Positions 27,760 through 36,324 of a DNA stretch of 49,879 bases are shown in pieces. Under the pieces are notes generated by a model. The model worked only from the letters and a program-made list of their open reading frames with translations, searched no databases and was not told the DNA's origin. This DNA comes from Thermodesulfobium acidiphilum (lineage in GTDB: Bacteria; Thermodesulfobiota; Thermodesulfobiia; Thermodesulfobiales; Thermodesulfobiaceae). The stretch is taken from NCBI RefSeq assembly GCF_003057965.1, contig NZ_CP020921.1, positions 1,724,916-1,774,794 of the forward strand, read 5' to 3'. A program made the translations under genes and the position numbers. Each line of letters begins with the position of its first letter. Within the stretch, counting starts at the first letter, position 1.

Positions 27760-28322
27760 TTCTTTTTATAAGCGCTACAGATACTGGAGTAGGTAAAACT
27801 TATTTTTCTTATCTATTAGCAAAAAAATTCTTAATTGAGGGGAAAAGAACAAAATATATTAAATTAGTTCAGACTGGCTATCCTAAAGACAATGATAGTG
27901 CCTTTGTCTCAAAATCCAAAGTAGAAGCAAAAACCTTATATTTTGGAAAAGATCCTCTAGCTCCTTGCTTTATTTTTGAAAATTTCCCTATAGAAGAAGC
28001 AATAAGTCGAATTAAAACAGAGGAAGTAGATTATACAATTGTAGAAGGCTCTGGCGGTCTATTAGTGCCTTTAGACAAAAATAACTTTATAGTCGATATA
28101 CCAAAAAGAATGAGCTTAAAAACTATAATAGTGGTACCGAATAAACTTGGGTGTATAAATCAAACATTATTAAACTTATACTATTGCGATAAGGAAGGTA
28201 TAGATTTATATGGTTTTGCACTAAATGATTTTTTCAAGGAAACATTTGACAACTTCGACATTTTAAGTAAACTTACTGGCAAAATAAAATATAGATTCAA
28301 AAATGAAATAATAACAATATAA
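27756..28322 (+). CDS. bioD: Dethiobiotin synthase
   Basis: TDTGVGKT, VEGSGG and LGCIN motifs; coupled to bioA. Confidence 0.93.
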   Translation: MILFISATDTGVGKTYFSYLLAKKFLIEGKRTKYIKLVQTGYPKDNDSAFVSKSKVEAKTLYFGKDPLAPCFIFENFPIEEAISRIKTEEVDYTIVEGSGGLLVPLDKNNFIVDIPKRMSLKTIIVVPNKLGCINQTLLNLYYCDKEGIDLYGFALNDFFKETFDNFDILSKLTGKIKYRFKNEIITI

Positions 28323-28330
28323 AGGTTAGG

Positions 28331-28963
28331 ATGAACAAAATGAGAAGAAAGGAATTTCTAATTTCCGATTCTAAAGAAATATGTAACATACTGAACAATT
28401 TAGAATATGGAGTCTTGTCTTTAGTTGACTTGAACAATAAACCTTATTCAGTACCACTAAACTTCTTTTATTATGAGAACAGCATTTTCTTTCATAGCGC
28501 AACTGGTGGTAAAAAAGTTGATATTATAAGAAAAAATCCAATAGGTAGCTTTTTGGCAGTAAAACCCTTTTCTTTTTTGCCATCTTATTTCAAAAATGAA
28601 AAAAACGCATGTTTTGCTGGGCAATTATATGCCTCAATTTATTTAGAAGGAGAAATAACTGAAACAAAGGATAATCTTAAGAAATGTGAATATTTGAATC
28701 TTTTAATGAAAAAATATCAGCCCGAAGGGGGTTTTAATCCTATTGGTATAGATAATATAATTTACCTAAAGGCTATAGAAAATGTATTATTATTTGAGTT
28801 AAAAGTCTCTTTTGTTAGCGCTAAATTTAAATTCGATCAACACAGAAGCTATAAAGACAACAAAGATACAATTGAAAAGCTAAAAAAGAGAGGCACAAAA
28901 ACCGATTTAGAAACAGTAAAAATGATAGAAAAATTTTCTTTAAACAATTTTTATCATTTATAA
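28331..28963 (+). CDS. Pyridoxamine 5'-phosphate oxidase family (flavin-binding, NimA-like) protein
   Basis: MRRKE..PYSVPLNF..FFHSA..GKK pattern. Confidence 0.85.
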   Translation: MNKMRRKEFLISDSKEICNILNNLEYGVLSLVDLNNKPYSVPLNFFYYENSIFFHSATGGKKVDIIRKNPIGSFLAVKPFSFLPSYFKNEKNACFAGQLYASIYLEGEITETKDNLKKCEYLNLLMKKYQPEGGFNPIGIDNIIYLKAIENVLLFELKVSFVSAKFKFDQHRSYKDNKDTIEKLKKRGTKTDLETVKMIEKFSLNNFYHL

Positions 28964-29721
28964 AAACCAGCAATAAGATAACTGTAAGTTGCATATATTT
29001 TATTTTTAATCTTAAAATTCTTTTCATAAAAATCACAAAACTTTTTAAACTTCTCTTTAGAACAAAGTGAATCAAAGCTTGTAAATCTTGCACCAGAAGC
29101 TTTATGAAACCTCAAAAATTCAATTGGATTTTGAAAGTATAGTTTCTTGGTACAAACGTATTTATAAATCAAATTTAAATCTTTGAAAATATCCAGATAA
29201 AAGCCTTCGTCTTTGAGTTTCATTGTAGAACCGAAACCAGAAAAAATGTTAGTTAATTGCATTTCTTTAAAAGTGGGCTCAATAAAAACTCCAAAATGTA
29301 TTTGGCCTGTTTCTTTCAAAAGAGATATAAAATTTTTTAAAGTTTTTTCAGGATAAAGAAACCATTGTATAGAGGAAGAAGATAAAATTAAGTCAAATTG
29401 TTTCCCGGAAAAGTCGTAATTTTCAGCATCGCCAATTACAAAATCAAAACCATCTTGACCTTTAAGTTTACTTTTTAGTTTATTTAAGGCTTTTTCTGAA
29501 ATATCAATACACGTGTAATTATTGAAGCTAATTGTAACTGATTGAGTTAAACGCCCTGTTCCCGCACCAACCTCTAAAACGCTTTCAAAATATTCTGATC
29601 CAATATTTAGTGAAATCAAATGTGCTATCTCCTTCTGAATAGGAGTATAGTTTTCATAAAAAAGGGCTCTATCAAATGAATTCCTGGTAAAATTTTTTAT
29701 AGATTGTATTTTTTGGGTCAT
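28954..29721 (-). CDS. bioC: Malonyl-ACP O-methyltransferase
   Basis: LEVGAGTG, SSSSIQW and C-terminal ATY; clustered with bioF. Confidence 0.85.
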   Translation of the reverse strand: MTQKIQSIKNFTRNSFDRALFYENYTPIQKEIAHLISLNIGSEYFESVLEVGAGTGRLTQSVTISFNNYTCIDISEKALNKLKSKLKGQDGFDFVIGDAENYDFSGKQFDLILSSSSIQWFLYPEKTLKNFISLLKETGQIHFGVFIEPTFKEMQLTNIFSGFGSTMKLKDEGFYLDIFKDLNLIYKYVCTKKLYFQNPIEFLRFHKASGARFTSFDSLCSKEKFKKFCDFYEKNFKIKNKIYATYSYLIAGFYK

Positions 29722-30302
29722 ATGTTTTCAAAAATAATCCTTTCCAAAATTTTTTCTTCAACATAATGATTTGAATATAGTTTAATAACACTTCCAAAAA
29801 TCTTTTTTTGAACGTCCATAAAGGCTTTGAGAGGCAAAATTCTATCAATTGTTAAGGCTATAATCAAAATATTTTTATCATGAACATACTCTTTAAAATT
29901 ATTTCTCTTTTTAAGAAATATTAGACCCTCTTTAAGAGAACTGTTTATTTTCGTTTTTACATCCTTTTTAATGCCTATTCTAGCCCAAAAATCATTAACG
30001 CACTTTTCTCTATCCCTTTCAAAAGCTCGAATCATAAGGTCTACAATTCTTTCGTTAACGTAATCAGTGAAATTCAAAAAGGGAGCTATAAGAATTATTC
30101 TTTTTGCATTTAATTTATCAATATCTTTTAAAATTAAGTTTGCCCCCAACGACCATCCTACAAGCATATCTTCTTCCTGTTTTATTTCATCTAAGTACCA
30201 TTCCGAAAAATTTGGATCTTGAAATGGAACAATGAACTTATACTTTTTAGATATTTCAGGATATATTTCGCTAAAGCCACTCCAGCCGGACAAAAATATC
30301 AA
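29718..30302 (-). CDS. Alpha/beta hydrolase, BioH-like pimeloyl-ACP methyl ester esterase
   Basis: LSGWS, GWSLG nucleophile elbow, DRIL, NH; sits between bioF and bioC. Confidence 0.75.
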   Translation of the reverse strand: MIFLSGWSGFSEIYPEISKKYKFIVPFQDPNFSEWYLDEIKQEEDMLVGWSLGANLILKDIDKLNAKRIILIAPFLNFTDYVNERIVDLMIRAFERDREKCVNDFWARIGIKKDVKTKINSSLKEGLIFLKKRNNFKEYVHDKNILIIALTIDRILPLKAFMDVQKKIFGSVIKLYSNHYVEEKILERIIFENI

Positions 30303-31450
30303 ATTTTTCCTGCCAGTAAGGTAAATGCTTTCTTTATAAATTCAACTTCATCTATGTTTAAGTCGGATCTTAGAGAGATTCTGAGTCTTGCTAAATTCTT
30401 TGGTACAGTGGGCTCTCTTATAGCTGCTACAAACAAGCCTATATCAAACAATATTTCTTGGGCCATCAAAGTCTTCTTGCTATCGCCCAATACAACAGGA
30501 ATAATTTGGGAAGATGAATTTAATGTATTAAAACCTAAAGACTTTAAGTAATTTCTCACATTGTCAGATATCTGAAGAAGTAACGCCCCGCAAGATGGGT
30601 TTTCTTTGACAAATTTTAGCGCTGCAAGATTGGCAGCTATAACAGATGGTGGAAGAGCAGTTGTATATATCAAAGACCTTGCAAAATTAATAAGATATTC
30701 AATTACGACTTTATCTCCAGATAAATATCCGCCTAAGCTTCCTAACGCTTTTGAAAAAGTTCCCACATTAAGGTGAACGTCATTGTCCAAAGAATATTCG
30801 TGTGCTAAACCTCTCCCATTTCCAAATATTCCAGTAGCATGAGCTTCATCTAAAATTAGAAAAGCATCATATTTTTTTGAAAGTTCAACTAAATTAACCA
30901 AATCACATTTGTCTCCATCCATACTAAATATACTTTCCGTAACAACCACCCTATGATTATCTGAACTCTTTAGCATCCTTTCAAGGTGATCTAAATCGTT
31001 ATGTCTAAACCTATGAAATCTTGTTCCTATAAGAATAGCTCCATCTATCAGACTTGCATGACAAAGCCTATCCATAAAGACTTCGCAATTTTTTGCAATA
31101 GATAAAGCTGCAAGATTTGCACAATATCCGCTATTTAATACCAAAGACTTCGCTTTATTTTTAAAATCAGAAATTTCTCTTTCAAGTTCATCATATAAAA
31201 TGTTGTTACCAATAATAAGCCTTGAAGAAGATATGCCTGTACCAAACTTCTTTATCCCTTCGATTGACATATTTTTTATTATTTCATTATTTGTTAAGCC
31301 TAGATAGTTGTTAGATGCCAAATTAAGAAGTTTTTTACCATTTATATTTATATATTTTTCAGCACCATTTGAAATAGGCCTTATGGATCTGAAGTTGAAC
31401 TGTGACTTTAGATCTAAGATTTTGTGCTCAAGAAGCTTTAAAAACTCCAT
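30299..31450 (-). CDS. bioF: 8-amino-7-oxononanoate synthase
   Basis: SNNYLGL, HASLIDG, ESIFSMDGD, DEAH and GTFSKALG motifs. Confidence 0.95.
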   Translation of the reverse strand: MEFLKLLEHKILDLKSQFNFRSIRPISNGAEKYININGKKLLNLASNNYLGLTNNEIIKNMSIEGIKKFGTGISSSRLIIGNNILYDELEREISDFKNKAKSLVLNSGYCANLAALSIAKNCEVFMDRLCHASLIDGAILIGTRFHRFRHNDLDHLERMLKSSDNHRVVVTESIFSMDGDKCDLVNLVELSKKYDAFLILDEAHATGIFGNGRGLAHEYSLDNDVHLNVGTFSKALGSLGGYLSGDKVVIEYLINFARSLIYTTALPPSVIAANLAALKFVKENPSCGALLLQISDNVRNYLKSLGFNTLNSSSQIIPVVLGDSKKTLMAQEILFDIGLFVAAIREPTVPKNLARLRISLRSDLNIDEVEFIKKAFTLLAGKI

Positions 31451-31453
31451 ATG

Positions 31454-31912
31454 TCATTCTAAATTTTCATATATGTCTCTATCGATTATTCTTTCATACT
31501 CAAGCACTTCGTCTTCTTCGAAAAAGATCTTAATTTCTCTTTCAGCTGAATATACAGAGTCAGATCCGTGTATTACATTTCTGCCAAGATCCATTGCAAA
31601 ATCTCCCCTAATAGTGCCTGGAGCAGCATCTCGAGGATTCGTTGTCCCCATCATAGTTCTCACCACAGTAACTGCATCTTTCCCTTCTAATACTATAGCT
31701 ACTATTGGACTAGAAGTAATAAAAGAAACAAGATTATCAAAAAATGGCTTTTTCTTATGTTCCGCGTAATGTTCCATCGCCTTTTCTTTAGAAAGCTGCA
31801 TAAGTTTGAGGCCAACTATCTTTAAGCCTTTATCCTCAAATCTTGCAAGTATTTTACTTGTTAATTGTCTTTTTACAGCGTCAGGTTTAATTAACACTAA
31901 AGTTCTTTCCAA
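31454..31912 (-). CDS. ndk: Nucleoside diphosphate kinase
   Basis: ERTLVLIKPD, PGTIRGDF and NVIHGSDS motifs. Confidence 0.98.
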   Translation of the reverse strand: MERTLVLIKPDAVKRQLTSKILARFEDKGLKIVGLKLMQLSKEKAMEHYAEHKKKPFFDNLVSFITSSPIVAIVLEGKDAVTVVRTMMGTTNPRDAAPGTIRGDFAMDLGRNVIHGSDSVYSAEREIKIFFEEDEVLEYERIIDRDIYENLE

Positions 31913-31951
31913 ACTTTTTCCTCCTTAATTAAATTATAAAATTATTATAAA

Positions 31952-32851
31952 TTAATCCTCGAGCCCAAAAATACTAAAAATCTTTTCGACAAGATTGTTG
32001 AGCTCCTCCTTAGAGTAAAACTCGATGACAAAACGTCCAACATTACCGGAGAATGATATATGAACTGGAGTTTTAAGTTTTTTTGAGATTTCAATTTCAA
32101 TAAACTTAAGCTCTTCATCTTGTTCCACCTCTTTTTGACTTTTTAAAGGCTTACATTTGTCTTTAATACTTTTAGAAAAACTTTTAATACTTTTCTTATT
32201 TGAAAGAAATTCTATTCTTAACTCTTCGGCAACCTTTACCGACAAGTTATCCTTCACAATTCTTCTTGCAAAGTTTAATATTTCTCTCTCATCCTTTAAT
32301 GAAAGTAGTACCCTTCCATGAGCAGGACTCAAGCTATTGTTCTCTATATATTTTATTACTTCATCAGGCAGTTGAAGAAGTCTAATTGTATTTGTTACAT
32401 ATGATCTCGATTTCCCAACGGAATTCGCTATCTCTTCATGAGTCATAGAAAATTTATCTTGAAGTTCAAGATATGCTCTTGCCTCATCAATTGCAGAAAG
32501 ATTTTCCCTTTGTAAGTTCTCCACTAAAGCAAGTATAGCCATCTGATCATCGGTTACCTCTTTAACTATTGCAGGTATTTCTGAAAGTCCTATTTTTTCA
32601 CAGGCCTTAACCCTTCTCTCACCAGATATCAACTCGTAGAATTGACCTTTTTCTCTTACCACTATTGGTTGGAGTACCCCGTGTTCCTTTATTGATTCAG
32701 ATAGTTTGAAAATGCTTTCTTCGTCAAACACCTTTCTTGGCTGATAAGGATTTGGAAGTATCTTTTCAAGCAAAACAAATTTTAAAACTTTATCAGAGTT
32801 ATCGTCTCCCAACAAGGCATCAAGACCTCTGCCCATACCTCTTTTAGACAT
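31952..32851 (-). CDS. parB: Chromosome partitioning protein ParB/Spo0J
   Basis: GMGRGLDALL, PNPYQPR, GERR, ENLQRE and HTH VGKSRSYVTN. Confidence 0.96.
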   Translation of the reverse strand: MSKRGMGRGLDALLGDDNSDKVLKFVLLEKILPNPYQPRKVFDEESIFKLSESIKEHGVLQPIVVREKGQFYELISGERRVKACEKIGLSEIPAIVKEVTDDQMAILALVENLQRENLSAIDEARAYLELQDKFSMTHEEIANSVGKSRSYVTNTIRLLQLPDEVIKYIENNSLSPAHGRVLLSLKDEREILNFARRIVKDNLSVKVAEELRIEFLSNKKSIKSFSKSIKDKCKPLKSQKEVEQDEELKFIEIEISKKLKTPVHISFSGNVGRFVIEFYSKEELNNLVEKIFSIFGLED

Positions 32852-33596
32852 TTTTTTCTATCTCCTGTAAAAGGTCTCTAAACGCACTGCTAACTACTGA
32901 TTTAGGGTCAAATATTATCATTGGTTTACCAAAGCTTTGCGATTCTACCACTCTCACACTTCTTGGGATCAGCGCATTAAAAACTTTATTTTTAAAGTGC
33001 ATCTTTAAATCGTTTAAGACTTCATTTGAAACAACAAGCCTTTGCATAAACATATTAACCAAAATGCCCAGCAAATTGAGTTCAGGATTAAGCCTGGATT
33101 TAATTCTCTCATAGGTATTAATTATCATGCTGAGACCTTCCAGGGCATAAAATTCAGCCTGCATTGTGATAATTAAATCTCTTGCTGCAGAAAGTCCATT
33201 AATGGTCAATATACCTAAAGATGGCGGGGTATCAATAATTATTACGTCAAAATTGTTATAATATTCCAATTTTTTTCTCAATTTTAAATTTCTATCAGTA
33301 TCGTCAACCAGTTCAACTTCTGCACCAGCAAGATCTGGATGTGAACAGATTATCTTAAGATTCTCAATACCTGTATCAACTGGTTCAACAAATTCTTTCG
33401 TTACCAAAAGTTCATACGTCGAAGATAATAGTTTTCTTTTATCGATCCCCAAACCAGTAGTAGCATTACCTTGAGGATCTAGATCTATTATAAGGGTGTT
33501 TTTGTTTATTTCAGCATAGGAAGCGGCTAAATTTACTGCACATGTAGTTTTTCCTACACCACCCTTTTGATTTGCAAATACAATAATTCTTTTCAA
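32844..33596 (-). CDS. parA: Chromosome partitioning ATPase ParA/Soj
   Basis: NQKGGVGKTT, DLDPQGN and DTPPSLG motifs. Confidence 0.96.
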   Translation of the reverse strand: MKRIIVFANQKGGVGKTTCAVNLAASYAEINKNTLIIDLDPQGNATTGLGIDKRKLLSSTYELLVTKEFVEPVDTGIENLKIICSHPDLAGAEVELVDDTDRNLKLRKKLEYYNNFDVIIIDTPPSLGILTINGLSAARDLIITMQAEFYALEGLSMIINTYERIKSRLNPELNLLGILVNMFMQRLVVSNEVLNDLKMHFKNKVFNALIPRSVRVVESQSFGKPMIIFDPKSVVSSAFRDLLQEIEKNV

Positions 33597-34543
33597 CGTT
33601 TTACTCTACAAAGTCCAGAGGTAGGAATAATATTAACACCATTTTTTTCTATTTCATCAAGTATAAAGTTCATCCCAATTGAATCTGATGGCATATGACC
33701 AGCAATAACAACATTTATACCAAACTTTTTGGCTTCCTCAAGATGATCTTCCTTCATGTGCATTCCCACTATAGTTCCAATACCAGCAACAGATAACTTT
33801 TCATAAGCATTTTTGCTCCCAGAGGTTCCACCAGTCATGTCTACCCAAATTTTCCCGCAACGATTTTTTTCTGATCCATTTACTATTTTTGGCCCAAAAT
33901 TATGTGCTTGCGCATCCTGATATTCAGGAATTTCAAGCAAGATATCTACAATTTCACCAATAGTTTCAGGCTTCTTTTCAGCAAAAAGTTCAGTTAGAAA
34001 TTTTGTAACAATGTTATCGGCCGGAGTATGAATGTTCATAAAGGCAAAACCCAAAAGTTTTGCTGCATCTACAGCTCTGTTGTGATTAGCAGGATGAACA
34101 GAGCGAGAAACTTCAGCAATTCTATTTCCCATAAGATTTTCAGCCAGATTTATTGGTATGCCTTGTGAAAAAAGTATGTCTTCTTGTATGTGCATAACCC
34201 CTTCCAAACCCGGCAAAGATTTTCCTTCAGGATGGTGAGCAAGTATTAGATCTATTCTTTCTCCTTTTTCCCTCAGCTTATCAGCAAGAACGATTTCAGG
34301 AACTTCCATATCAATTCCAACAAGAATACCTTTTATTATCTGATCTTCTTTTCCATTAAGGATTCGGCTATCGGAGTATGGATTTTCCAGAAGCTCTTTG
34401 TCAAACCTTGCCTTCTTCTTTTCGTTTAATTCTTCATAATCCTTTTTGATCTTTTCAAGATATCTAAAAACTTCTTCTTTCCCCCTGGGATCGGCTTCAA
34501 TGCCCATATTAATAGCTAACTTATAAATCTCGCCTAGTTTCAT
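33593..34543 (-). CDS. NIF3-like (NGG1p-interacting factor) metal-binding protein
   Basis: NPYSDSRIL, AHHPEG, HTPADN and AGHMPSDS motifs. ATG 34543 fits the GGAGG spacing better than the track start. Confidence 0.85.
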   Translation of the reverse strand: MKLGEIYKLAINMGIEADPRGKEEVFRYLEKIKKDYEELNEKKKARFDKELLENPYSDSRILNGKEDQIIKGILVGIDMEVPEIVLADKLREKGERIDLILAHHPEGKSLPGLEGVMHIQEDILFSQGIPINLAENLMGNRIAEVSRSVHPANHNRAVDAAKLLGFAFMNIHTPADNIVTKFLTELFAEKKPETIGEIVDILLEIPEYQDAQAHNFGPKIVNGSEKNRCGKIWVDMTGGTSGSKNAYEKLSVAGIGTIVGMHMKEDHLEEAKKFGINVVIAGHMPSDSIGMNFILDEIEKNGVNIIPTSGLCRVKR

Positions 34544-34554
34544 AATCAACCTCC

Positions 34555-34578
34555 AAAATGTTTCTCAAGAAACATTTT
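34555..34578. promoter_or_regulatory. Palindrome with parS-like core
   Basis: AAAATGTTTCTCAAGAAACATTTT; core TGTTTCTCAAGAAACA matches parS TGTTTCACGTGAAACA at 13/16. Confidence 0.4.
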
Positions 34579-34600
34579 TATGATAAAACAAAAAATGATA

Positions 34601-35425
34601 TTAATCAAATAGTATAGGAACTCTTGTGTGAAACAATAGATATTCAGCTACGCTCCCCAAAAAAAGTCCTTCAAAGAAACCCAGCCCTCTTCTACTCATA
34701 ATAATCATAGAAATGTTTTCTTTTTCAACAATAGAATTGATTTGTTTAGCGGGGTTTCCTTCTAAGACTAGATATCTGGCATTCACATTATTTTTTACTA
34801 AATCTAAAGTAAGCTTTTCTATAGCTTTATTTGCACCAGATGCCTCTTTTATCAAAAATTTTGGGTCAGATGGCTTTAGGACATGAACTAAAAGAACTTC
34901 ATTTATAGCTGAAGAGATCTTTTTTAAAAAATCAAAGGCTTTCATTGAGCTTTTAGAAAAATCAGTGGGGAAAAGCACTTTCTTTAACCTATTTTCTGGT
35001 AATAGAAAGGCACTCTCGGTTTTATAAAACCTTTCAACATAAATAGGTCTTTTTATAGTTCTTATAAAATTAAGCAAGTTACTTCCGACGAATATATCTT
35101 TAAAAAATCCCTCTCCATGTTCTGACGCAAAAAGTAAATTTGCATTGATTTCATCACAATAATCTCTAATTTGCTCAACGACGTTCCCAATAAGAATTTC
35201 TAAAAAAACATTAACTCCTTCCGAAAGATAGTTATTTATATATGAACTAAAGTGATCAGAAGCAATTTTAACAATCTCCTTATTCACTTCCAAGATATTT
35301 GGGTTTACAACATGAACAAGATGAATTTCACTAATGCCAAACCTTTTAAAGTCGTTGACAGCATTAAAAAGCTTTGAAGATTGCTCTGAAAAATCAAGAG
35401 CAACTACTACTCTTTCTATTTTCAT
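34601..35425 (-). CDS. Universal stress protein (two USP domains)
   Basis: VVVALDFS..LVHV..GS and VLFPTDFS..LVHV..LGSVAE. Confidence 0.93.
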   Translation of the reverse strand: MKIERVVVALDFSEQSSKLFNAVNDFKRFGISEIHLVHVVNPNILEVNKEIVKIASDHFSSYINNYLSEGVNVFLEILIGNVVEQIRDYCDEINANLLFASEHGEGFFKDIFVGSNLLNFIRTIKRPIYVERFYKTESAFLLPENRLKKVLFPTDFSKSSMKAFDFLKKISSAINEVLLVHVLKPSDPKFLIKEASGANKAIEKLTLDLVKNNVNARYLVLEGNPAKQINSIVEKENISMIIMSRRGLGFFEGLFLGSVAEYLLFHTRVPILFD

Positions 35426-35542
35426 CTTTCACCTCCAAAAAATGATTTACTAGAATTTATTGTAAACTATAAATATACATATACATTAGTAACTCTTTAA
35501 TAAATTAGAACAAAATAAAAAATTATCTAAACTTGCCTACGT

Positions 35543-36217
35543 GTTGCCTCATTTAAAAACCTAAAGGAAGTTGTATTCGTTGCCTCACTTAAAATTCTAA
35601 ACATAACCATAACATATTTTATCTTTATCTTTGCTAATCTTTTTAATAGAATTTCTTACTTCTTCCTTTATGGATATGTCTTCTAGTAATCTTTTTTGAA
35701 GTTTTACTATTTCTCTTTGAAGTTCAGCTGGATTTAATTTTGTATACTGTTCTCTTAACTTTTCTTTATCTATTTTTTCTACACCAAGATTTTCTAATAT
35801 TCTTTGATAAGGAGTTCTTGCTTTATCATATTTTTTTGTAACTTTACTTTCATATTCTTTCTTTTGAGATTTATTTCATTACAGGCTGAAAAAAGTTTAT
35901 ATATAACTTTAAGCTTTAATAAAGCTTTTTTAAAGTCATTAGCTCAACTTCTCTATCATATCTAAAATAACCAACTTACTATCTTCTCGTGACTAGCTAA
36001 AAAAACATGCATAACTACGATTGTATCCAGTCAAAGCTATTAGATCATCTAAAATAATGCCTTTTTGTTTCTTGTTTGCTTTTTTATATCTTTTTGCAAT
36101 TTCACTCACCACTGCTTTTCTTTCCTTCATCGTTAACCCCATTTCTAGCCTCCAGAGTTATAGTAACTACTATTCTAAGAGACTTTTTATTTTCATTTAG
36201 ATTTTTGATGAAGCAAT
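35543..36217 (-). mobile_element. Internally deleted IS remnant (ISNCY/IS481-like integrase-type) with end repeats
   Basis: Transposase fragments flanked by GTTGCCTCA(T/C)TTAAAA(AC/TT)CTAAA twice (35543-35565, 35579-35601) and an inverted copy at 36196-36217. Confidence 0.75.
35597..36142 (-). pseudogene. Transposase pseudogene
   Basis: GGAGG + ATG at 36142 gives MGLTMKERKAVVSEIAKRYKKANKKQKGIILDDLIALTGYNRSYA, then fragments VGYFRYD.. and KKYDKARTPYQRIL..LNPAELQREI with stops and frameshifts. The central catalytic part is missing. Confidence 0.8.
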
Positions 36218-36225
36218 TCGAATAG

Positions 36226-36253
36226 TTGACACAATACATTTTTTTGTTATCAT
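36226..36253 (+). promoter_or_regulatory. Sigma-70/SigA promoter of the trp operon
   Basis: TTGACA-N16-TATCAT with TG extension. Confidence 0.7.
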
Positions 36254-36280
36254 AAAGAAAGTTAATTAATTAAAGTTATT

Positions 36281-36323
36281 TAGCTTAGACTAAGGTAAAT
36301 TAGATGAGAAGAGAGGAGAGAAG
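36281..36323 (+). promoter_or_regulatory. TRAP-type (G/U)AG-NN repeat array overlapping the trpE RBS
   Basis: TAG ct TAG ac taa gg taa at TAG at GAG aa GAG ag GAG ag AAG t ATG, strict 5-nt phase. Confidence 0.65.
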
Positions 36324-36324
36324 T

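Noticed and set aside
31308-31769. 153-aa plus-strand ORF and the other short antisense ORFs in the track
   Set aside because: They lie opposite or inside well-supported genes (ndk, feoB, metK, gmhA, trp, mod and others) and show no independent motifs.
35543-35601. 23-bp repeats as a mini CRISPR array
   Set aside because: Only two copies with a 13-bp spacer and no cas genes; an inverted copy at the other IS end explains them.
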